Assembly (NCBI RefSeq): GCF_009914755.1
Contig: NC_060935.1
Direction: 5' to 3' (one strand)
DNA from: the human T2T-CHM13v2.0 reference genome, Homo sapiens
DNA length: 64,000 nucleotides
The translations under genes and the position numbers were made by a program. This document shows, piece by piece, positions 1 to 12,380 of the stretch (within the stretch, counting starts at the first letter, position 1; each line of letters starts with the position of its first letter). The notes beneath the pieces are model-generated. The model was not told the DNA's origin and ran no database searches. It saw nothing but the letters and a program-made list of their open reading frames with translations.

Positions 1-210
<210 letters not shown>

Positions 211-1154
211 TCAGGCAGAGCCAGCTGCCCCGTCCTGGCTATTCCCACAGCACTATGTATCATGGCCCTTATCCCACTATGATGTCTGATCAGACTGTGC
301 ATGTGTTAGGTCCTCTGTCTCTCAGACATCTAGAAGACTGCCTGCTCAGTAGTCTTTCTGCACACAATCTAAGTACAGGGCATGGGGGTGAGGAGATGGC
401 AGTACAAAGAGAAGGGACTCAGGGAAGGTATATGATCCCAAAGCAAGTATAAGCAGCAGTGTGGCCAATCCAGTCCAATTGGAGACAGACCCTGACATGC
501 ACAATGGGGACAAGGAGACAGCATTAGAAGGATACAGCATGAAGATGCTGGGGGCACTGAAAGCAGAGTAGGGTTCTTCTGGCAACTCCAGCACAGCAAA
601 GCACAGAAGACTGTAACAGAAGTCAGTTACAGGAAACAGGACCCCACTATAGAAAAAGCAAGTTCCAGCTTGCTGATTGGGGCCTTCTGGAGAAGGGGGA
701 CACAACTCCCCAAGGGTAAGGGGTGAGAAGCAAAGGTGGCTGTGGAAAGCTGCTCTGTCTTAGTGCTTCCCAGAAATGAGAGAGGTCTGCTCTGTTCAGG
801 GACCTCAGCCTGCGAAGTCAGAGCTGCAAAAAACAAATTCCGAAACCCCAATGCCAGAGGGATAAGATCTCCCACCCACCCACCAGGCTAGACTTCATCA
901 GTTCTTGCAAGGCCAGTTAAAACTCTCCTAGGGGTGGGGTCTTAGAAAATACAGCTGGACCAGGGCAAGAGCTGACTGATAATATGCTCAGTAAATACAT
1001 GTTGAATGCATTAATGAGTTAAAACAAACGAATAATTTAAGCAAAAATTGGATGAATGTGAAAATGCTTGCCAACTGTTGGATGTGAGTACTTTGGTTCT
1101 TAGCAGTACAGTTGTACCTGTTTGTAAAAACAGCTGACTGGCTCTTATAGAATA

Positions 1155-1335
1155 CTTATAGGCCAGGCACTTGGCTAACTGCTTTACCTATATTATCTCA
1201 TATAGACTTACACAAAACCTAAGAGATTCCTTTGTTACAACCATTTTACAGATGAAGCTGCTGGGGTTCAGGGAAGCAAGGTAACTTGTGCAGTGTTTCA
1301 CAGCTAGCGGAGGTGCAGGATTCTGTGATCCTTCA
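1155..1335 (-). mobile_element. MIR SINE
   Basis: CCATTTTACAGATGAAG...GGTAACTTG...CACAGCTAG matches the reverse complement of the MIR core. Confidence 0.8.
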
Positions 1336-1559
1336 GGTTCAAGCTTTCTTCCTCAAAACGGTATGTACCCTTCTTTTTCTCATATTAGATGGAAATAAAC
1401 CACCCATCCAGTTCCCTTACATCTGGCAAGCCCAGTGCCAGGGACGTAAGCCTGGGAGAGCCCTAGATTTATAGGACCCAAACAACATCCTGCCTAGGGC
1501 TAGGAGTGCCCACCTCTGGAATGATCAAGGAGCTGTTTCCAGGGATATTTCTTAGGGGA

Positions 1560-2360
1560 ACGGCTGCAAAGTGGCAACAAAGTTCTGTCGCCTGCCCTCC
1601 TCATGGATACCCATGGCGACAGAACGCCGCCAGATTGTTCAAATCTGAACATTCTAAACGGGGAAATCGGGGCGCGGAAGAGTGGGGTGGGAAACGAACA
1701 CCGGGTTGCGGACCAGAACTCAGGGTCAGGTACGCCAAGGAGAGGAAGTGAGGCGAGGCCAGCCCCACGCCACCAGCCAGGGGCCGCTTTCCTCTACCAG
1801 AGAGGGGTAGCCAGCCGCAGCCCAAAGGCCACCCAGGGTGCCAGATGGACAGCGAGGCCTGCTGATTGGTTCTCGCCGGGTGCCAATGAGCCCGGGCGCC
1901 TTCAGGTGCTATGGCAACGAGGCGTACGTGCGGAAACACATGATGGCCAGGGTGGAAGGGGAGTAACGGGGTTTAGGTTGGTACGGTACTGGGTTATGCT
2001 CTGTGCCGCACTGCGAGCCCTTGGCGGGCACAGCCGCCAGGGTGGGAGAAGCGTACCAGAAGCAGCTCCAGAATGGCAGCCCCAGCTGGCTGGGCAGCCT
2101 GCGCCGCCTGGGTTAACAGGGCGAGGGAATGGGCGTCTCGGTGCCGCCTTTGCTAGAGCTCTGCCCAAACCCGGTTTCCATCCGTGTATCTCTGGGGTGA
2201 CAACCAGAATTTCCAAACTATTAGAAACGCAGTGCTTGGAAGCTGGGCACGTTTTACAGGCACACTGCAATCCAGTGAGCCACCAGAGTTCCACCTCTAA
2301 GCTCAGAAATGGTCCCAACTGGGGAAGGCCATGGCGACACCAGAGAGGCAGCACGGCTGT
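1560..2360. promoter_or_regulatory. CpG island / probable (alternative or intragenic) promoter
   Basis: About 41 CpG by manual count in 1561-2220 against a CpG-depleted background; GC-rich and repeat-free; CCAAT boxes at 1865-1869 (ATTGG) and 1883-1887; X-box at 1905-1918. Confidence 0.85.
1905..1918 (-). promoter_or_regulatory. RFX X-box motif
   Basis: Minus strand GTTGCCATAGCACC versus consensus GTNRCC-N(0-3)-RGYAAC, 1 mismatch. Confidence 0.65.
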
Positions 2361-3044
2361 TTGCTTCTGGAAGAACCTAGCCTTACTAAGATATCTTTAA
2401 CTCTCTCTGTGGGCTTGAATTTGTATTTTATTTCATATATATGTGTATATGTTATATATACATTTTTAAAAAAAGCACATTGTATGTATGCCTGTGAAAA
2501 AAATGAGCTTGAACTAGGTTCTGCTATCTTCCAGAGAAGTTGGGGTGAGAAGAAGAGAGCTAAAGTTTGGTTAAGTGCCTGGATGTCAAGCATGTGACAT
2601 TATAGAATTTCACTTTACCTGCAATACCTCCCATCTTCACAGCCACTCTGAGAAGTGGGAATCTGTCTCCCTACATAGCAGGCCAGCAAACCCGCTCAGA
2701 GCAGTTAAGTCACTGGTCCCAGGTCTGCTTTGGTCCAAAGCCTGTAAGCTAACTCACTACACATACTGCCTCCTCCTCCTCTGATACTCTCCTCTTTTGA
2801 TACAGAGTGTCCCTGTCACAAAGGCTCAAACTCTCAAGTGACAGTTCTAACTCTTTTCCTTATCTCTCTCCCACCCTTATATTTAGGCTGTCTCCAGATC
2901 CTGTTAATCCTGCCTTCTCAATGGTTCTCAAGTCTGACTTATTTCCAGCTGCTATCATCTTAGTTTAGTCCTTTTCGCCTCAGCCTGGAGTCTTAGCAAC
3001 CAATGACTTTAAGCTTTCTTCTCACCATAATATCATGATCTGAT

Positions 3045-3346
3045 CTGTTTTTGTTTTTAGAGACAGGGTCTTGCTCTATTGCCCAGGCTGGAGTGCAGTG
3101 GTGTGAACCTAGCTCACTATAACCTCGAATTCCTGGGCTCAAGCGACCCTTCTGCCTTAGCTTCCTGAGTAGCGAGGACTACAGGTACACACCACTATGC
3201 CTGGCCAATTTTTTTTTTTACTTCTTGTAGGAACAGGATCTCATCATGTTGTCCAGACTGCTTGAACTCCTGGCTTCAAGCGACCCTCCTCCCTCGGCCT
3301 CTCAAAGTTCTGGGATAACAGGCATGACCCACCGTACATGCATGGG
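3045..3346 (-). mobile_element. Alu (AluJ-like), full length
   Basis: Reverse Alu dimer; TSD CATGATCTGAT at 3034-3044 and 3347-3357. Confidence 0.96.
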
Positions 3347-3716
3347 CATGATCTGATTTTTTTTTTAATTAAAGTTGTCACAGTTATCAAAGTCTCATTA
3401 CTGTTTAACACACATTTTACCACTCCTTTCCTAAATAAACCCTCTAACCCAGCAACACGAGTCTCTTTTCTGTCTCTGGAAAAATCTCATTTCCCCCACT
3501 TTTGTATCTTCATTTGTACCATTCTCCCTTCTCCATACCATTCTAAATCCAACCAACTCTACAAGGCCTAGTTCAAAACCTGAGGCAGTCCCCCAGATCA
3601 CCTCAGCCTTTAGGAGATCTGCCTCCTCTCAATTCTCACCACTTGCCTTGGCTATAGTTTGCTTTTATCAAATCTCCTTTGTGCTTTTAACAGCTTGGAC
3701 ACGAGTATGGGGCATG

Positions 3717-3870
3717 TCAGTGTGAGGTAATGGAGAGAGTTCTGGATATGGAACCAGAAAACCTGGATTTAAGTCCTGATGCCCCCCGCCCCCACTTCCT
3801 AGCCATGTGACTTTGGGTAAATCTCTTTGCCTCCCTCTGGCCCTCAGTTCCCTCATCTGTAAAACGGAAT
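3717..3870 (+). mobile_element. MIR SINE
   Basis: CACTTCCTAGCCATGTGACTTTGGGTAA...CTCAGTTCCCTCATCTGTAAAACGG. Confidence 0.85.
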
Positions 3871-4048
3871 TCAAACAACCAGGTATACCTCACGCATCCT
3901 AACCTCTGCTATCTACAGAATAAAATTCACTTTGGGCTTGACCCTGTTCTACAGATACATTTTAGGACTTATATATTATTTGAGAACATATGAAAGGAGA
4001 CTATAAGCATTAGCAACTGGCATAGGTTCACTATGAAGAGTTCTTCAA

Positions 4049-4331
4049 GCTGGACACGGTGGCACACATCTGTAATCCCGGCACTTTAGGAGGCTGAGGC
4101 AAGCAGATAGCTTGAGCTCATGAGTTCAAGACCAGCCTGGGCAACATGGCGAAACCCTGTCTCTACAGAAAATACAACAAAATTAGCCCGGCGTGGTGAA
4201 GTGTGCCTGTAGTCCCAGCTAGTTGGAAGACTGAAGTGGTGTGGTAGGATCACTTAACCTGGGAGGCGAAGGTTGCAGTGAACCGAGATCATACCACTGT
4301 ACTCCAGCCTGGGCGAGTACTAAAAGCGAGA

Positions 4332-4364
<33 letters not shown>
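4049..4364 (+). mobile_element. Alu, full length
   Basis: Alu dimer with (AAAC)n tail. Confidence 0.96.
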
Positions 4365-4519
4365 CCTTCTTCAGTATAAACAGTTCATTTCCTTTTCCAA
4401 TAGTTTATTGACAGATAAGGAGAGGGCTTGAGAAATGTCTACTGAATTAGAATATAATATACACAGTAATTAGGCTATAATATATACAATTAAACTAGCC
4501 AGGCAGTCAGACTGCTTGC

Positions 4520-5071
4520 TTTTCCCATAGTGCCCTTCTAAGGGAATGTCTTCATCATAAATGGCCGTGTTGATACCATGCAGTCCTGCTTCCTGGGGCC
4601 AAACCTAATTGGACTATGGATGGACACCTGTCTCAATGTGGATTAATGCATAGATTGACCACAGCCTGTGAAACGGCTTAGTGAAAATTCTGCCTTGAAA
4701 CAGTTCTAGGGAGTGAGTCCTCCAGTTGGTAGCTGGAGCAGTAGCTGGAAGAAATAGACACAAGGAAGGTTAAGATGAGGAGGAGGTACAAGCAGAGGAG
4801 TCAGAAGCAGCAGGAAGGAACAGTAAAGTGAAGCTAAGTCACCAGGATGTGAGTTCTAAAGGAAGAATCAATAGATCCTACTGCTGAGGGCTCAAGAAGG
4901 TTTAGGCTTTTGAGTTGCCTTGGGTTCTAAATGACTTTCCCATTGTTCTTTTATAAGGCATTTGCTTCACCTGTTTTCCTCACTTATGCTAAAGTACAAT
5001 ACAGTCTTCACAATAATAATCTGCTAATATCTCTGGTCCTTGCCAACTAAAAAAGCCTAACACAACAATAC
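4520..5071 (+). mobile_element. Old ERVL-class solo LTR (LTR16/LTR33-like)
   Basis: GGATGGACACCTG internal motif and 3' end CTTGCCAACTAAAAAAGCCTAACACAACAATACA; family uncertain. Confidence 0.45.
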
Positions 5072-5562
5072 ATCTGGATTTCAGTAAAGGCATGCCACCA
5101 AGTTACTTAAGTTACTCAGTACTTGTACTGAGAACAAAATGGAACCATGTGAGTTGGACAATCAAACTAAAAGACAGGCAATTAATAGATTCAGGCCAGG
5201 TAAATATCCTATGGCAGGCTTCTCAGAAACAATTTAACCCTTTCCCTAGTAGCCATGATAGGTTAAAATTAAAAGACTGTCAACACCAAGTACTAACGAG
5301 GATGTGAAATAACTGGAACTCTTACACTGCTGACGGGAGTGTAAATTCAACAACTGCTTGGAAAAACTGTCTGGCAGTATCTACTAAAGCTAAACACATA
5401 TGTGGACACTCAAGTACCCAAAATAAATTATTGCTTACTTCTATCAAAAGGCATGTACAAGCATGTTCATAGCAGTTTTATTCATAATAAAAATATGAAA
5501 TAACACAAATATTCATCATCAGTATAATGGATACAGTGTAGTTCATTCAGAATACTTTACAG

Positions 5563-5927
5563 CAGGGGTCCCCAACCCCTAGGCTGCAGACTGGTAAAAT
5601 TCCACGGCCTGTTAGGAACCAGGCCACACAGCAGGAGGTAAGCAGCAGGCAAGGGAGCGAAGCTTCATCTGTATTTACGGCTGCTTCCCATCGCTCACAT
5701 TACCATCTGAGCTCCGCCTCCTGTCAGATCAGCGGTGGCATTAGATTCTCATATGAGCACAAACCCTATTGTGAACTCCGCGTGGGAGGGATCTAGGCTG
5801 CGCAATCCTTATGAGACTCTAACTAATGCCTGGTGATCTGAGGTGGAACAGTTTCATCCCGAAACCATCCCATCCCCACCTCTTCCAGGAAACCGGCCCC
5901 TAGTGCCAAAAAGGTTGGGGACTGCTG
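5563..5927 (+). mobile_element. MER1B (hAT-Charlie non-autonomous DNA transposon)
   Basis: Termini CAGGGGTCCCCAACC ... GGTTGGGGACTGCTG; perfect 8-bp TSD CTTTACAG at 5555-5562 and 5928-5935. Confidence 0.93.
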
Positions 5928-6344
5928 CTTTACAGCAGTGGGGGGAAATATTGATATTCACAACATAAGTAAATCTTTAAGAATAATAATATGAAACTCA
6001 AAAGTAGGCAAAACTGATTTCAAATAAATAATATAACTGCTCTGAAGGGGGTCAGAATAACTCTTGAACACAGTACTTTGACTAAATAACTTCTGTTTAC
6101 AAACAAACAATGCAAAAAAAATTTAACTACTTTGTAGGTTATTTTCTTTCATTGCATGCGTGTATCAATTCTGAAAGTATTTTGTATATATTGTGGGACC
6201 ATGCAAATGAGGAAATATATGAATGTTGCTAGGAGCCAGAATGCTCACTGTAGTTGAAGGAAACACAAATATAGAATGAGAGAAGGCAAAGAGAAACCCT
6301 GTGGATATCAGGTTAGAATTAGAGTTATCAGTATGAACTCACAG

Positions 6345-6348
<4 letters not shown>

Positions 6349-6398
<50 letters not shown>
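6349..6398 (+). repeat. (AC)25 perfect microsatellite
   Basis: Uninterrupted AC run. Confidence 0.98.
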
Positions 6399-6401
<3 letters not shown>

Positions 6402-7959
6402 TTGAGTTAAACCAACATGAAATTGCCCAGCAGCACTGACACCCCAGCAGCAATGAGTTTACTTGGTGCACAGACCCTGGCTTTTAAATACCATTCAACT
6501 AAGAGGGATCAGAGCTCCTCGGAGAAAAGGCTGATTCTAGGGTTGGGATGAGGAAAGAACAGTTTGAGCCTGGAACATGTATTTGTACCACGAAGTAAGA
6601 AAGTGATAAAAGAGTAAAGGAGACGTGTCAAAAGGAAACTAGCCAGCCTGAAACAGCTCCCACTAGCTAAATCAGGGAGAACTTGAGCTCCAAAATGAAT
6701 AATGACAGTAGATTATAGCCCATTGAATAAAATAAAAATCCACTGTATATACTGAGCAATAGATAGATAGGGAAGCAGGGAAAGCTCTTTCTTATAGTAG
6801 GATGCCAAAAATAATAAATGTAAAAGAATAATTGGGCTAGAAAATAATTTTGCAATCATTAGTTAATTCAGACAAGAATCATCAATGCATGTTAAAACTA
6901 CTGGGCAAAAGTCTGAAGAGGAAAAGGGTATTCACATAGTCTTAAAGTATCTCTTCACAGATTACTTCTTAATTACAAAGGATAAATGGTAGCCTTATAG
7001 CAGAGAAAGGAGGCAAGCACCACCTTACACAAGAAATGTAGGTTAGAATCACTAATAATGTGCCAAACTGACATCAGGTGCCTCCTCATATGATGCACTA
7101 AAGACAGACACAACATCACTTATTTAGTATTCCTGCCAAAAGTGTGTAAGTGAAATCCAATCATGAGGAAAAATCAGATAAAACCAATTGAGGGACATTA
7201 TATACAAAACAACTGTCCTGTACTCTTAAAAAATGTCAATGTCATAAGAGATAAAGAAAAGCTATTCCAGAATAAAGGAGGCAAGGGGACATGACAACTA
7301 AATGCAATATATGATTCTGAACTGGATGCTAGATCAAAGTGAAAAATTGTCATAAAAGACATCATTGAGACAACTGGAAAAATATACAGAAGCTCTGTAG
7401 ATTAGATAAGAGTATTCTATCAACGTTAAATTGTTTTAAAAAGAGAGAGGACACAAATGTGGCAAAATGTTAATACATTCTGTGTCTGGGTGAAGGGATT
7501 TGTGGAATTCTTTATATTATTCTTGCAACTCTTCCGTGAGTTTGAAATCATTTCAAAATAAAAAGTTAAGCAAAATTAATCTGTGGTGAAAGTTTAGAAT
7601 AATGGTTATTTTGGGATAGGTATATCCAGGAAGCTTACTGAAGTGCCTAATTTGGGTGATTACATGGGTGCATACAAATATAAGAGGTCACTGAGTTGAA
7701 TATTTAAGATCTGTGCATTTTACTGTAGGTAAGTTACACTTCAACCAAAAAAAAAAAAAAAAAAAAAAGACAGGATAGCTTCCTTCTTAAGCCTAAGTGA
7801 GGAAAGTGGCCAAGCATCAGAACCTACATGAGAAAAGTGGCTAAGAAGGGGCAGCAGGGTCCCAGTGAAGGTTCAGAGCCTGGCTGGACAGCTGTGGCCT
7901 GGTGGGGAATCAACCTGTGCAAGGAAGGTAGTCAGCAGGACTGTGATGCAATGGGTCGG

Positions 7960-8705
7960 TTTCATACAGGAGAACTGAGCAAGTAAGTAAATGTATTGAA
8001 GATAATGGGAGCCAGGTTTCTCATAGTCAGGGAAATGAATTACAACTGAAAGAGTGAGATATAGAAGGAACTCTGTAGTGCTGCATTATAACTAAAGACG
8101 CTGGCGTGAACTCATTATTTTCAAGGCAGACAGAGAAACAGAAATATATATAGAAAAGTAGGGCTGTGTGTGTGTGTGTCTGTATATGCACAAACTCATG
8201 TTTTTCTCACGTTTTCTCTCACATGTTTTCTCAGCTTTGTCCACTGAGGGAGGCTGTGAGCAGCAATCTCCAATGATACAAGCACACCCAGACCTGAGAT
8301 TGATGGACTGATTGATTTTTTGTAGAGATGGGGTCTTATGATGTGGCCCAGACTGGTCTCAAACCCCTGGGCTCAAGCGATACTCCCACCTCCCAGGCTC
8401 CCAAAGTGTTGAGATTACAGGCATGAGCCACTGCGCCTAGCTGATTTTTATTTCTAAAAATCATTCTCCACTAAAAAATTATTCTTGGAGAAATGGCTGA
8501 TTCTAGGACTGAGGCAGGGAAAGTATAAGATGAACCTGTAACATCTTGTGTCAGAGAGCAAAAAAAAGTGCTCAAAAAATGATGGGGGCATGTCAAATGA
8601 CACAGAAGCAAACTTGAAGGGGTTCCCACTGGCTAAATATAAGACAATTTGAGCATCAAAATAAATAATGATACTCATTGGAATATAAGCCAGAGACTAA
8701 AACAG
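7960..8705 (+). mobile_element. Second L1MC/L1MD-type 3' fragment
   Basis: CTTGGAGAAATGGCTGATTCTAGGACTGAGGCAGG parallels 6520-6555; interrupted by an Alu monomer. Confidence 0.75.
8316..8442 (-). mobile_element. Alu left monomer (FLAM-like)
   Basis: TTTTTGTAGAGATGGGGTCTT...CCCAAAGTGTTGAGATTACAGGCATGAGCCACTGCGCC. Confidence 0.9.
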
Positions 8706-8849
8706 AAATCTTCCTATGTGAAGCTCTTACCTAGAGGCATCTTGTGGTTTACCAAGGAATATGGCCCTCAATTTGGCCTAACTAAACTTCTGATCAACAA
8801 ATTGGATAAAGACTGAAGGTTTGCTTACTAAACACACAGAATTTATAAT

Positions 8850-9545
8850 GCTGGGAGAGACAGCCAGTACCTTGGATGAGATGCTCTGGACTCAACGAGA
8901 TGAACAAGTAGAAACACATAGGTTATAATTTAAAATGTGAATTCCTAAACTCAGTTTCAAAAAAAAAGTTGTAGAGATGCAGAATTGGCAAGACCTGACT
9001 AAAAAGCATTTCTTGTGAAAAAAGATCCATACTTGCAATTTGAGTCAGCAATGTGACATAGCCTCTCAAAAAATAGGATCCTGGGCTGCATTACATTTTT
9101 GCCCACAAAAATGAACTGGTCCTAGTGTCCTCTGTGCTGGTCACATCATATTTGGAGAGCTGTGGTCAGTTCGGGACTCTCTCTCACATTTTAAGATACT
9201 GAATTTAAGGAATAATAAGATCAAAGTAACCAGAATATTAAAACATGTAGAAATTGTCATATAATGAGCTGCTGAAGAAACAATACATGTTAAGCCTGGA
9301 AAAAAAGATTTGTAGGGACGTGGTAGGTGGAGGTGCATATGACTCTTCAAATAACTGAAAGACAGTCACATAGAAAACTTGTTCTGCAGGGTTCCAGATG
9401 GCAAAACAGTGTTATTAACATAGAATGTGGTCTAATATGCAGAAGAACCTTTTTAACACAGAGCTATTCTAAAACAGAGTGGTATATCTTGTAAGGTGGT
9501 GAGCTACTACCCACTATGGGAAGCATTTAAGTACAGACTGCCTCT
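8850..9545 (+). mobile_element. L3/CR1 LINE fragment
   Basis: TGAGTCAGCAATGTGACATAGC...ATCCTGGGCTGCATTA...CTCTGTGCTGGTCACATCATATTTGGAGAGCTGTGGTCAGTTC resembles the CR1/L3 ORF2 3' region. Confidence 0.75.
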
Positions 9546-9869
9546 CAAAGCTAATTATTAAAATCCTTTTGAGTTCTGAGTTTCTGTATCTGTCCTACTA
9601 TTGGCTAGACATTTTTCCTAAGCCACCACCTTCTTTGGTCTCCTTGTCTATCTTTTAGGATCTTTTTTCCAAGTGGGCAAAAATTCTGAAAATAAGTATT
9701 TGCATATAGATAAATTCTGGAGTAGGACTATGCCTAAAATGGGGGTGAAAAAGGGGAGGGGAAGCTTCCAGCTTTTTCCAGAAAAACACTACAGAGTTAG
9801 GAAAAATGTGAGGAGCACTTGGGGATAAAAAGGAAGCATGCCTAGAAGATAGTAAAACATAAGAACACT

Positions 9870-10361
9870 ATTATAGACTGATTGGATGAATGTCCCCAAT
9901 TCTTACTCCTCCTCATATCCACATCCTTTGCCATGAATTGCCTTCCCATTCAGAGACAGTTTACCAGCCCGTCATCCTTTGGCTTTGGACTCAGCCATGT
10001 GACTTGCTTGGGTAACTAGATGTTAGCAAATGTGACACAAGTAGAGATTTGAAAAATCATTTGTATATTTATGCTCATTTTTGCCTTCTGCCCTCTGCCA
10101 CTGCCATGAGAACTCACCCAGGCTACCCTGTTCAATGATGAGATATGTGGAACAGTGCTGAGCCACTCCCAGTTGTCCTAATCAAAGATCAGCCAAGACC
10201 TAGGCATGGGAGCAAGACCTGCCAAGACCAGAAGAACCACTTAGCTGAGCCACAGACACATGAACAAATAACTGTTTCTCGTAGTAGAACCTAGAAGTTT
10301 TTAAACTACTAGGTTATGAGTGATTTATTACGTAACATTACTGTGGCGATAGATAACTGAC
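9870..10361 (+). mobile_element. MaLR MLT1 (G/H-like) solo LTR
   Basis: CTTTGGACTCAGCCATGTGACTTGCTT...AAATGTGACACAAG; end TTTTAAACTACTAGG...GATAGATAACTGAC. Confidence 0.8.
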
Positions 10362-10415
10362 TTAAAACATCCACTAACATTTGTCTAGCACTGAGCGGTT
10401 TCCAAGTGTATTCAC

Positions 10416-10885
10416 TGTTAATGCCCTGCAGCCCAAGACTACCAGGAACTTGTGTGTAGTTGAACAGACGGGTTTACTACTTATTGCTGTGAAGGAGAAC
10501 ACACACTACAGGAAACCATGGAGCATCTCTGGGAGGTGGAGGTTGCCGTGAGTTGAGATCATACCACTGCACTCCAGCCTGGAACATATTAGAAAGGACT
10601 CTATTAGACAGAAAAGTGGGATGTTTGGTGATTTATGGCTTGGACAATGTTCATGTTTTGTCTGTGTTCACACATGATTACAAAGTGGTCTTATTTTTGT
10701 CTTGATCCATCATGGTCACAGAGTGGCCTTGTCTGATGTTGACGTTTTGTCAAGTAGTATATGTTCAACAGGAGAACATCAAGACCTACCTGAGTGCCAG
10801 GCCAGCTCACAGCAACACCAAGGCCCAGTGACTGATAGTACCAGGCCAGTTCCTGGATGCCAGGGAATGATTTTCTCTTTATCTG
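10416..10885. mobile_element. Probable old LTR element (MER76-like; family uncertain)
   Basis: CATCATGGTCACAGAGTGGCCTTGTCTGATGTTGA...GCCAGGCCAGCTC recalled as interspersed LTR sequence. Confidence 0.45.
10529..10582 (+). mobile_element. 54-bp internal Alu fragment without tail
   Basis: CTGGGAGGTGGAGGTTGCCGTGAGTTGAGATCATACCACTGCACTCCAGCCTGG. Confidence 0.9.
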
Positions 10886-11689
10886 TACAGAACCTTATTT
10901 GATCCACAAAATAGCCCTAAAAGTAGGTTTTATTATGACTTTTTTAAATAGATGAGAAAATTGAGGCTCATGGACATTAAAAGCCTGGTCCAAGGTCTGA
11001 CATATGTAAGCTGTCTGACCTTGGGCATGAAGCCTGTACTTTTTGAACCTTTGCTTCTTCATTGTAAAATGGGTGTAGTAATATTTGCCCCACCAGATAG
11101 TGAAGATTAAATGAGATCAAATATGCTAAAGAACCCAACCCATCTCCTAGTATCTAGAAGTGGTTCAACCAATATTACTACTTCCATCTCCCTTGATATC
11201 CCCACTCTTTTCATATCATGGGGCCTCTGGAAAACATCTTTATATGGAATCTATATCAAGGTAATTTTCATTGTTGTAAATAAATACTGGGCCTCTTTTC
11301 AGAGAGGCTCCCCTACATGAGGCTATTTCATAGTTCAGCTGGTTCCACAGTGGCTCAGCTCTATACAAGCCACTAGTATCCACGTGCAGAAAGATCTTGT
11401 GTATATGCTCAACTCTCATATGATGTGATGAGTACAGCCAAATGGGCAGGGATGCATGGGTAGATCAGCCTTGAGATCAGAAGGCTGAACATAACTTCAC
11501 AATATTAAAAGTTATGGGCTACATGGAATAAACTATCACTCAAACCAGTGTTCCTCCAGCAAGAAAACCACAGGCACATAGAAAGGGTGGAACTAAATAT
11601 CTTGCTCAGCCTCCATGACACTGAGGGTGTCAGAGAAATGGTCTGAGTCTTAATTCTGGCCTTAGCTCTTGCCTGGGATTGTGCAGCAG

Positions 11690-12380
11690 CTTCCTTGTGC
11701 TCCTCTCCCCTCTGACCTCTCCCCCACTCTGTCAAAATGGTCTTCCTAAAGTACAAGTGAATTATTTTGCTCCACATTGCCGAAGTCCAAATTCCTTTGT
11801 CTGGTATTTAAGATCTTCCATGGTCTAGACCCAATGCAGTTCTCTAGCCTCTTTCCCCAGTAAAATTACCCACAAGTACTTGCACTCCTACCTCATCAAA
11901 CCCCTCCACACAGCATCCCACCACCCCACTCCTCATCATGCCCAACTTACACTGTGCTCTCACTTCAGTGTACCTTCACCACTCATCCTTGAGAAGGAAG
12001 GAGAGAGGAGAAGAAGAAAAGGAAAAGAATTACATTTAGTGATTACTAAACCTATTCTAGGTACTTTTGGTGGATTAACACATTATATCCACATTTTATA
12101 GATTAACTGAGAAATAGGATGGTTAAATACCTTGACTAAAAGCACATAGCTAGTAAGTGGATGGGCCACTTCATAAGTAATTGCTTCCTCCTCTGGGTCC
12201 TGCTATAGAAATAGTACTTTCTCTACTTATTATTAAGTGGTTTTCAAATCTGTCTCTTCCCAAATTATATTGATTATAACTTTCTTAATCACGCGGGATA
12301 TATTTCATTCATTTCTATCCCCAGTGGCTTGCACAGTGCTGTGTACATAGTAGGTCTTAATGAGATGTTTGTTGAATTGA
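11690..12380 (+). mobile_element. L2 LINE fragment (with a MIR fragment inside)
   Basis: L2 3' end GCACAGTGCTGTGTACATAGTAGGTCTTAATGAGATGTTTGTTGAATTGAA. Confidence 0.7.

Larger units (their letters stand above)
5258..7745 (+). mobile_element. Old L1 (L1M/L1MC/L1ME) 3' fragments, interrupted by MER1B and (AC)n
   Basis: GAGGATGTGAAATAACTGGAACTCTTACACTGCTG; ATGTTCATAGCAGTTTTATTCATAATA; L1MC-type GGAGAAAAGGCTGATTCTAG; 3' end TTTGAAATCATTTCAAAATAAAAAGTT. Confidence 0.8.

Noticed and set aside
1603-2400. 265-aa ORF (longest in the window) and overlapping antisense ORFs
   Set aside because: Coincides with the GC-rich island where stop codons are rare; R/G/A/P-biased; no recognisable domain; several frames are open at once.
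6420-8700. Apparent internal duplication (6480-6730 versus 8450-8700)
   Set aside because: Both are diverged copies of an L1MC/L1MD 3' region, i.e. interspersed-repeat homology rather than a segmental duplication.
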